DNA of 64,000 nt from Halarcobacter sp. (GTDB taxonomy: Bacteria; Campylobacterota; Campylobacteria; Campylobacterales; Arcobacteraceae), in contig CP182352.1 in the NCBI GenBank assembly GCA_048571215.1, positions 2,592,001-2,656,000 of the forward strand, in the 5' to 3' direction. A model generated the notes under the pieces. That model was given only the letters and a program-made list of their open reading frames with translations, searched no databases and was not told the DNA's origin. Positions within the stretch are counted from its first letter, which is position 1; the number at the start of each line of letters is the position of its first letter. The position numbers were made by a program, and so were the translations under genes. Positions 1 through 7,391 of the stretch are shown here, one piece after another.

Positions 1-259
1 TGTTTTTAAACTCTTGCCAAGTTTTTCTTATATCATTAAAAGCATTTTTCCTACTTGGATACTCTTCTTTAAAAAGCTCAGATATATCGTTTTCATGCCA
101 CATTTTAAAATCAATTGCAAAATCAATTATCTGTTTTAACTCTTGAAAAGAGAACTGATACTCTAAAGCTTTTTGTTTTATAAACTCTTGATTATCTAAA
201 GATAGTTTTTTAAAATTTGTTTTTTCAATAGACTCTTGAAATTTTTGTAAATAACTCAT
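1..259 (-). CDS. 5' part of a gene running off the window edge; possibly a spore-photoproduct-lyase-like radical SAM protein
   Basis: Open frame MSYLQKFQESIEKTNFKKLSLDNQEFIKQKALEYQFSFQELKQIIDFAIDFKMWHE...; ATG at 259 overlaps the TGA of the upstream ORF (ATGA). The product call is recalled N-terminal resemblance only; no CxxxCxxC is visible in the window. Confidence 0.45.
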   Translation of the reverse strand, partial: MSYLQKFQESIEKTNFKKLSLDNQEFIKQKALEYQFSFQELKQIIDFAIDFKMWHENDISELFKEEYPSRKNAFNDIRKTWQEFKN

Positions 260-792
260 AAATATTTTTTCCAAGAATTTAGTGAATTTTGAATCAACTC
301 AATAACAAAGGCTTTTTTAGGGATAGTTGTATCTAAATAATCTGATACAACTTTAAAAACATAAATCTCATTACAATCTTTTTTACAAATCTCTAAAAAA
401 TATTTTGATTCCATATCTACTAAAAGTGTTTCTAGATTTTCATCACTTTCCAAAGGAGTATCAACTGTAGTTATAGGGGCAAAGTTTATCCTAGGAAGAA
501 GTTTATTTGTACAAAATAGTGTACCAATTTTAACACTACTATCACAACAAGCTGCAATACCTATATTGATAGCTTTACCTATTTTATAATTTTCAAATAC
601 AAATTTTAAAGATTTTTTACAATTTTCTTTCCCAATACCTGAAACTAGTAAAATATATGAACTCTCTTCATTGGTAAAAAGTTTTGTATTTTTAGGTAAA
701 TTTTGAACAGAATTGTCCTGTTTTAGTTTTAAAAAGTTAATTAAAGGCTGTGCTTCTGAAAGTAGTGCTGTGTAGATTAATGTTTGAAACAT
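256..792 (-). CDS. Nucleoside phosphorylase-like (PNP/MTAN fold) protein
   Basis: TALxSEA N-terminus, VSGIGK, INIGIA, VDMES and KVVSD motifs typical of the PNP_UDP_1 fold; short (178 aa). Confidence 0.7.
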   Translation of the reverse strand: MFQTLIYTALLSEAQPLINFLKLKQDNSVQNLPKNTKLFTNEESSYILLVSGIGKENCKKSLKFVFENYKIGKAINIGIAACCDSSVKIGTLFCTNKLLPRINFAPITTVDTPLESDENLETLLVDMESKYFLEICKKDCNEIYVFKVVSDYLDTTIPKKAFVIELIQNSLNSWKKYL

Positions 793-798
793 GCAAGT

Positions 799-822
799 AA
801 AACTAAGGCCTTAGCCTTAGTT
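799..822 (-). terminator. Putative intrinsic terminator after rplS
   Basis: Inverted repeat aactaaggc-N4-gccttagtt (801-822) with a short T run on the minus strand. Confidence 0.55.
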
Positions 823-825
823 AGA

Positions 826-1182
826 TTACTTTTTAAGTTCTTTAATTCTTGCAGCTTTTCCAGTAAGACCTCTAAGATAGTGAAGTTTAGCTCTTCTAAC
901 TTTACCTCTTCTAATCACTTCAAAAGATTTTAAAGACTCTGAATATAATGGGAAAATTCTCTCCACACCAACAGAGTTAGCTCCAATTTTTCTAACTGTA
1001 AAAGTAGAATCAATACCATTTCCACTTCTTGCTATAACAATACCTTCGAAAGTTTGAACTCTTTTTTTCTCACCCTCTTTAATCTCAACACCAAGTCTAA
1101 CAGTATCACCTGCTCTAAATTGTGGAATCTCTTTTTCTGCAATTTGCGCTGCTTCAAAGCTCGCAATGTATCTATTTTTCAT
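826..1182 (-). CDS. rplS: 50S ribosomal protein L19
   Basis: [33 protein letters not shown] motifs; start moved to MKNRY (1182), which follows AAAGGG. Confidence 0.98.
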   Translation of the reverse strand: MKNRYIASFEAAQIAEKEIPQFRAGDTVRLGVEIKEGEKKRVQTFEGIVIARSGNGIDSTFTVRKIGANSVGVERIFPLYSESLKSFEVIRRGKVRRAKLHYLRGLTGKAARIKELKK

Positions 1183-1237
1183 TATATTTCCCTTTGGTGA
1201 AAGTGCCCGCATTTGCAAGTTGCGGGGTATCACACTT

Positions 1238-1927
1238 CTATTTTGTTTTTTTATTTGTGACTAAACCTGGTCTATAATATCTTGTTTTGCAAATAGCCAG
1301 ATTATTTTTCAAGTCGGCAATTTTACTATGATTTCCCTTTAAGAATTCTTTAACTACACTTAAATTTTGGAAATTTTCAGGTTTCGTAAAAGATGGAGCT
1401 TCTAAAAGATTATTTTCATAACTTTCCATCACTAAAGAATCAGCATTTCCAAGTACACCTTCAACATTTCTAGAAATAGCATCTGCCATGACTAAAGATG
1501 GCAACTCTCCACCTGTAAGTATAAATTCACCTATACTAAACACTTCATTTGCATATTTTTCTATAACTCTCTCATCAATTCCTTCATATCTTCCACTTAC
1601 AAAAACAATATTTTTTTTCTTTGCCAATCTTTTTGCATCATTTTGTCTAAATGGTTTTGCAGCTGCTAAAGGAAATATAATATATGCATCTTTATTCTCT
1701 TTTTTTATTGTGTCTAAACAATCAAATAAGGGTTGTGGGGTCATTAACATTCCTGCACCTCCACCTATCATTTGTTTATCAACCTTATTGTGTTTATTTG
1801 TTGTAAAATCTCTTGGATTATAAAATTCATAATTTATAAATCCTGATTCAACTGCTCTTTTTAAAATTGAATCATGAAAATAATACTCTATTAAATTTGG
1901 GAATAATGTTACAAAACTAAATTTCAA
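1238..1927 (-). CDS. trmD: tRNA (guanine-N1)-methyltransferase TrmD
   Basis: [33 protein letters not shown] motifs; TTG start. Confidence 0.97.
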   Translation of the reverse strand: MKFSFVTLFPNLIEYYFHDSILKRAVESGFINYEFYNPRDFTTNKHNKVDKQMIGGGAGMLMTPQPLFDCLDTIKKENKDAYIIFPLAAAKPFRQNDAKRLAKKKNIVFVSGRYEGIDERVIEKYANEVFSIGEFILTGGELPSLVMADAISRNVEGVLGNADSLVMESYENNLLEAPSFTKPENFQNLSVVKEFLKGNHSKIADLKNNLAICKTRYYRPGLVTNKKTK

Positions 1928-2023
1928 TTTCTTACCTATAATATTTTTTGAAAACTTATTATATTCATTTTTATTTAATATTAAGCATAGTTGATTTATA
2001 TTTCATTTTATAAAGGTGTATTA

Positions 2024-2386
2024 TTGAAGTATTTAAGAGGTTTTAGAAAAAACTATTTTTCATTGTCAGCAATTACTGCTTTTTCTACTGCAAAAAAATT
2101 GCAGGATAAATTGTTGCACTTTAAAAAATCAAACTTTTTCTCTTTTTCATATGATTCTAAGGAAGAGGAATCTCCCCCTGATGATGAGTTACTACTACAA
2201 ACATCTTGCCTAACATTAAGCAATAAACCATGCCATTGTGATTGTGTATTTAGATTAAAAACAAAATTAGCAATTGTAAATTTCAAATTTATTCCAAGAT
2301 GTCCTTTTTATACCACTTATTTTGCATTTAGAAGAACTGGTGTTCACCCTCCATTTAATTTATCCCAAAATCACATAAACAAATAA
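2024..2386 (+). CDS. Putative regulatory leader protein (uORF) upstream of metE, with CHCDC cluster and C-terminal RRTGVHPP motif
   Basis: 120-codon open frame in AT-rich DNA; TTG at 2024 follows AAAGGTG (2012-2018); stop is 20 nt before the metE ATG on the same strand. Confidence 0.7.
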   Translation: MKYLRGFRKNYFSLSAITAFSTAKKLQDKLLHFKKSNFFSFSYDSKEEESPPDDELLLQTSCLTLSNKPCHCDCVFRLKTKLAIVNFKFIPRCPFYTTYFAFRRTGVHPPFNLSQNHINK

Positions 2387-2406
2387 AAATAAATAAAGGA
2401 TAAATA

Positions 2407-4686
2407 ATGTCTACAAAAAGTTATGTTGTAGGTTTTCCAAGAATAGGAGAACAAAGAGAGTTAAAAAAAGCACTAGAAAGCTTTTGGTCAAAAAAATCTA
2501 GTTTTGAAGAACTAGAAAAAGTTGCTAGCAAGCTAAAAAAAAGACACTGGGAGTATCAAAAAAAAGCAGGTATTGAATATATAAGTTCAAATGACTTTTC
2601 TTTATATGACAATATATTAGATACTTGCATTATGTTAAATGCCATACCAAAAAGATTTCAAAATTTAAAAGCTGAGGAGCTTTATTTTTCTATGGCAAGA
2701 GGTAATAAAGATTGTGTAGCAATGGAGATGACAAAATGGTTTAATACAAACTACCATTATATAGTCCCAGAGCTTAGTTTAGAAGATCAATATAAACTAA
2801 ATGCTTCAAAAATAATAAATGAATACAATGAAGCAAAACAACATGGTATAAAAACAAAAATCAATTTAATTGGTCCTATCACATTTTTAGGACTATCAAA
2901 AAGAGTTGATGGTGGAGATACGTTTGAGTTATTATCAAAAATTATTCCTGTTTATATTGAACTTTTAAAAAAGATTTCAAAACTTGATGAAATTGTAACA
3001 GTTCAGATTGATGAACCACTATTATCAAAAGATAATAAAGAAAAAGTGTTAAGTTTAATAAAACCAAGTTATGATAACTTAGGAACTGTTGCAAACAATA
3101 TTAAACTAATTGTAACTACATACTTTGAACACTCAAATGAAGCTACAAAAATCTTAATCAATACTCCAATATGGGCACTTGGTTTAGACTTTTTATATGG
3201 AAAAAACAATTTCAAAGTATTAAAAGAGATTGCTTATAGTAATAAAAAACTTATTGCTGGTGTTGTTGATGGAAGAAATATTTGGAAAAATGATATTAAA
3301 AAGACACTAAAGCTTCTTGATCAAATCTCCAAATTTGTTCCTAAAGAGAATATTTATATCTCATCATCTTGTTCACTTTTACATACTCCATATACACTTA
3401 AATATGAAAACAATATGGATAAAAATATTAAAAACTGGCTAAGTTATGCAGTAGAAAAACTTGATGAGATAAATTTAATATCAAAAACCTTTTTTAAAGG
3501 TTCTGATAAGTTATCTTCAGATGAACAAAGAGCTTTTATTGAAAACGTAAAAATAAATGAGAGTAGAAAAACCTCTGAACTAATTCATAATAAAGAGGTT
3601 CAAAATAGAGTTGCTAATTTTAAAAAACTATCAAGAGATGGAGATTTTAATGAAAGAATTAAAATCCAAAAAGAACTTTTACAATATGAAGACTTAGCAA
3701 CTACAACTATTGGTTCATTTCCCCAAACTCTAGAAGTTAGAAAATCAAGAAGGGATTATAAAAATAAAGAGATCTCTTATGAAAGCTATGAAAAAGATAT
3801 GAAAAACTATATTGATGATTGCATTGCATTTCAAGAGGAGTGTGGACTTGAAGTTTTAGTTCATGGGGAACCAGAAAGAAATGATATGGTTGAATATTTT
3901 GGTGAACAATTAGATGGTTTTGCCTTTTCTCAAAATGCTTGGGTACAATCTTATGGTAGTAGATGTGTAAAGCCCCCATTTATTTTTGGAGATATTAGTA
4001 GACCTAAAGCTATGACAGTGGACTGGATTACCTATGCTCAAAGTAAAACTTCAAAAATTATGAAAGGGATGTTAACAGGTCCTGTTACAATTCTTAATTG
4101 GTCATTTGTAAGAGATGATATGCCAAGAAGCGAAGTTTCAAAACAAATTGCTATTGCACTTAGTGATGAGATTGATGATTTACAAAAAGCTGGAATAAAA
4201 ATCATTCAAGTTGATGAAGCTGCTTTTAAAGAAGGATACCCTTTAAGAAAAGAAAATATAAAAGCTTATGAAGATTGGGCAGTTAGAGATTTTAAGATTT
4301 CAGTTAGTAGTGCTAAGAGACAAACACAAATACATACACATATGTGTTACAGTGAGTTTAATGATATTATAAAAACAATCGAAGCTATGGATGCAGATGT
4401 TATTTCAATTGAGACTGCAAGAAGTGGGAATGAACTACTTAAAATTTTTAAAGAAGTGGGATATAAACAAGAAGTTGGTCCAGGAATTTATGATATTCAC
4501 TCTCCAAGAGTTCCAAGTGTTGATGAGATGGTAAAACAGATTAAACTATTATTAGAAGTATTACCAAAAGAACAATTATGGATAAATCCAGATTGTGGTT
4601 TGAAAACAAGAAAATGGGAAGAGGTAAACTTGAGTTTAAAAAATATGGTTGAAGCTGTAAAAATAATAAGAAAGGATTATAGATAG
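2407..4686 (+). CDS. metE: Cobalamin-independent methionine synthase
   Basis: GFPRIG, MTKWFNTNYHY, TTTIGSFPQT, HGEPERNDMVEYF, Zn-ligand motifs THMCYSE and NPDCGLK; 759 aa. Confidence 0.98.
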   Translation: MSTKSYVVGFPRIGEQRELKKALESFWSKKSSFEELEKVASKLKKRHWEYQKKAGIEYISSNDFSLYDNILDTCIMLNAIPKRFQNLKAEELYFSMARGNKDCVAMEMTKWFNTNYHYIVPELSLEDQYKLNASKIINEYNEAKQHGIKTKINLIGPITFLGLSKRVDGGDTFELLSKIIPVYIELLKKISKLDEIVTVQIDEPLLSKDNKEKVLSLIKPSYDNLGTVANNIKLIVTTYFEHSNEATKILINTPIWALGLDFLYGKNNFKVLKEIAYSNKKLIAGVVDGRNIWKNDIKKTLKLLDQISKFVPKENIYISSSCSLLHTPYTLKYENNMDKNIKNWLSYAVEKLDEINLISKTFFKGSDKLSSDEQRAFIENVKINESRKTSELIHNKEVQNRVANFKKLSRDGDFNERIKIQKELLQYEDLATTTIGSFPQTLEVRKSRRDYKNKEISYESYEKDMKNYIDDCIAFQEECGLEVLVHGEPERNDMVEYFGEQLDGFAFSQNAWVQSYGSRCVKPPFIFGDISRPKAMTVDWITYAQSKTSKIMKGMLTGPVTILNWSFVRDDMPRSEVSKQIAIALSDEIDDLQKAGIKIIQVDEAAFKEGYPLRKENIKAYEDWAVRDFKISVSSAKRQTQIHTHMCYSEFNDIIKTIEAMDADVISIETARSGNELLKIFKEVGYKQEVGPGIYDIHSPRVPSVDEMVKQIKLLLEVLPKEQLWINPDCGLKTRKWEEVNLSLKNMVEAVKIIRKDYR

Positions 4687-4744
4687 GGGTCTTTCCCCTC
4701 TATCTAAAAATAGTTTTTATGATATTAAAAACTATTTTTAGATA
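4680..4744. repeat. Two overlapping inverted repeats between metE and ilvA
   Basis: Hairpin tagatagggg...ccctctatcta (4680-4706) and a perfect 19-bp IR tatctaaaaatagttttta-N6-taaaaactatttttagata (4701-4744). Confidence 0.8.
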
Positions 4745-4763
4745 TTATAAAAGGCAATAAAAA

Positions 4764-5984
4764 ATGAGAAGAAAAAATATGATAACACTAAACAGTATAA
4801 AACAAGCGAAAAAAGCTTTAGAGAACATTGTTCAAAACACTCCGATAAATAAAGCTCCAATTTTAAGTAAAACATTCAATAGTGAAATATACTTAAAAAA
4901 AGAGAACTTACAATTAACAGGAAGTTTTAAATTAAGAGGAGCATTTAATAGAGTTGCAAACCTCAGTCAAGAGAAAAAAGATAAAGGTGTAGTTGCTGCA
5001 AGTGCAGGAAATCATGCACAAGGTTTAGCCTTCGCAGCTCAATATTTTAATTGTGAGGCAACTATTTTTATGCCAGAGGCAACACCTCTTACAAAAGTAA
5101 GTGGGGTAAAATCATATGGGGCGAATGTTGTACTTACAGGTGAAAATTTTGATGAAGCCTATGAAGCAGCTATGGAATTTACACAAAAACACAATAAGGA
5201 GTTTATCCACCCTTTTGCTGATGATGATGTTATAGCTGGGCAAGGAACAATAGCCTTAGAAATTTTAGAAAAAATTCCAGACTTAAAACAACTTGTCGTA
5301 CCAATTGGTGGAGGTGGTCTTATCTCTGGAATTGCAATTGCTGCAAAAAGTATAAACCCAGATATAAAAATTATTGGAGTTGTTGCAAGTGGTGCTATAG
5401 GTATGAAAGAATCGTATAAGGCACAAATGCCTATTGACTCATCATATGTAAGAACCATTGCTGATGGGATTGCAGTTAGGGATGTAACTCCAAAACTACT
5501 TGATATTATTATCGATTATGTTGATCATATTGTAGATGTAAATGATAATGAGATAGCAAATGCAATTTTATTTTTACTAGAACGTCATAAATTAGTAGTT
5601 GAAGGGGCTGGTGCTGTAGCAACTGCTGCAATTATGCATGAAAAAATTGATATAGAAGATTCAAAAGTTTGTGCCTTAATTAGTGGAGGAAATATTGATG
5701 TTACAATGCTTTCACAAATTATCGAAAAAGGTTTGGTTAAATCAAATAGAAAAATGAATCTAATAGTAACACTTATGGATAAACCTGGTGCATTAATGAA
5801 ACTAACTGATATTTTTGCCCAATGTTCTGCAAATATTGTACAAATAGATTACGATAGAGACTCGATAAAACTGGAGTTTGGAGAGGCTCATGTAACAATC
5901 GCCTTAGAAACAAAAGGGGAAGAACACCAAAAAGAGATAAGGGAAAAATTGAAACAAAATGGTTACAGATTTAAACAAATCTAA
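4764..5984 (+). CDS. ilvA: Threonine ammonia-lyase with C-terminal ACT domain
   Basis: KKENLQLTGSFKLRGA PLP-lysine motif, ASAGNHAQG, PIGGGGLISG, ISGGNID, DKPGAL ACT. Start may be 4779. Confidence 0.93.
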   Translation: MRRKNMITLNSIKQAKKALENIVQNTPINKAPILSKTFNSEIYLKKENLQLTGSFKLRGAFNRVANLSQEKKDKGVVAASAGNHAQGLAFAAQYFNCEATIFMPEATPLTKVSGVKSYGANVVLTGENFDEAYEAAMEFTQKHNKEFIHPFADDDVIAGQGTIALEILEKIPDLKQLVVPIGGGGLISGIAIAAKSINPDIKIIGVVASGAIGMKESYKAQMPIDSSYVRTIADGIAVRDVTPKLLDIIIDYVDHIVDVNDNEIANAILFLLERHKLVVEGAGAVATAAIMHEKIDIEDSKVCALISGGNIDVTMLSQIIEKGLVKSNRKMNLIVTLMDKPGALMKLTDIFAQCSANIVQIDYDRDSIKLEFGEAHVTIALETKGEEHQKEIREKLKQNGYRFKQI

Positions 5985-6077
5985 AAACTCTTAAGTACAT
6001 TTATAATAAATTTAGTTAATAGAATATATAATGCCCCATATATTTAGTCAAAGTAACAAACACAAAAAAGGAAAAAG

Positions 6078-6761
6078 ATGGAAGGAAGACTGTTTACATT
6101 CTTAGGTGCAATTGGTGGTCACGGACAAGAATGGATAATCTTATCGCACTATATTTTAGTGTTAGGTATCGTTTTCTTATTAGCTAGAGCTGCTACTAAG
6201 AAGATGCAATTAGTTCCAACTGGAGCTCAAAATGTAATGGAAACATTCATTGGTGGTGTTATTAGCATGGGTGCTGATACTATGGGAGAAGAAAATGCAA
6301 GAAGATATTTACCATTAATTGGTTCTTTAGCATTAGTAATTGTTATTGCTAACCTTATGGGTGTTGTACCAGGTTTTGAATCGCCAACTGCGAATATCAA
6401 CTTTACATTATCTTTAGCGTTAATTGTATTTGTTTATTATAACTACTTAGGTATCAAGAAAAATGGTTTTGCTGGTTATTTTGGTCACTTTATGGGACCT
6501 ATGCCTATATTAGCACCATTAATGTTCCCTATTGAAATTATCTCTCACTTATCAAGAATCATCTCATTGTCATTTAGACTTTTTGGTTCAATTAGAGGGG
6601 ATGATATGTTTACTATGGTACTTCTAATGTTAGTACCTTGGTTAGTTCCAATCTCAGGATTCTTTTTATTAACAGCATTTGCTTTCTTACAAGCATTTAT
6701 TTTCAGTATTTTAACATACGTTTATATTGCTGGTTCTATTATGATGGAAGAAGAGCACTAA
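6078..6761 (+). CDS. atpB: F0F1 ATP synthase subunit a
   Basis: PTANIN, SLSFRLFG conserved Arg helix, LQAFIFSILTYVYI; hydrophobic. Confidence 0.96.
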   Translation: MEGRLFTFLGAIGGHGQEWIILSHYILVLGIVFLLARAATKKMQLVPTGAQNVMETFIGGVISMGADTMGEENARRYLPLIGSLALVIVIANLMGVVPGFESPTANINFTLSLALIVFVYYNYLGIKKNGFAGYFGHFMGPMPILAPLMFPIEIISHLSRIISLSFRLFGSIRGDDMFTMVLLMLVPWLVPISGFFLLTAFAFLQAFIFSILTYVYIAGSIMMEEEH

Positions 6762-6786
6762 GCTTACAGCAAATTATCTTTAGTGT

Positions 6787-6820
6787 AAAAGGAAGAGGTT
6801 TTACCTCTTCCTTTTTTTTT
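6787..6820 (+). terminator. Intrinsic terminator after atpB
   Basis: aaaaggaagaggt-ttt-acctcttcctttt followed by further T residues. Confidence 0.88.
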
Positions 6821-6839
6821 GCAATAAAAAAGGTAAAAA

Positions 6840-7391
6840 ATGATTAGGTATTTAATAACTGACCCCAAATACTACTCAAATGATAAAAATATATTTGAAC
6901 AAAAACTAAAGAAAGCATTAACAAAAAATATTGACATGGCTTGTTTTAGAGATAAAAGCTCCTCAAACTTTGAAGAGTTAGCAGAAGTTTTTATAAAAGT
7001 TTGTAAAGAAAAAAATATACAACAATACTTAATAAACTCAAATATCACCCTTGCAAAAAAACTAAATGCAACAGGGGTACACTTAAACTCAAAACAGTTT
7101 GATAAAATCAAAGAAGCAAAAAATTTAGAACTTTTTACAATAATCTCTTGTCATAATGAAGATGAGATTAAAAAAGCACTTGATAATAATATAGATGCAA
7201 TAACATACTCACCTATTTTTTTCACCCCAAATAAAGGTAAAGCAAAAGGGATTGAAAATTTAGAATATATTATATCAAAGTACAAAGAGCTAAAAATCAT
7301 CGCCCTTGGGGGAATTATTGATGAAAATCATATAAAACAGATAAAAGCTAGCAAAGCTTGCGGTTTTGCCTCAATTAGATATTTTATATAA
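6840..7391 (+). CDS. Thiamine phosphate synthase / TenI family protein
   Basis: YLITD, FRDK, GVHL, SCHN, SPIFxTPNK, IALGGI motifs. Confidence 0.85.
   Translation: MIRYLITDPKYYSNDKNIFEQKLKKALTKNIDMACFRDKSSSNFEELAEVFIKVCKEKNIQQYLINSNITLAKKLNATGVHLNSKQFDKIKEAKNLELFTIISCHNEDEIKKALDNNIDAITYSPIFFTPNKGKAKGIENLEYIISKYKELKIIALGGIIDENHIKQIKASKACGFASIRYFI

Noticed and set aside
2053..2286. 77-aa antisense ORF in the metE leader
   Set aside because: No SD, lies wholly within the plus-strand uORF and looks like a shadow frame.
1930..2406. SAM or cobalamin riboswitch upstream of metE
   Set aside because: No recognisable SAM-I/II or B12-box consensus and no GC-rich multi-stem structure; the region is occupied by an open frame with an SD.
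6078..6761. Isolated atpB as an anomaly
   Set aside because: Split atp operons with a standalone atpB are normal in Campylobacterota.
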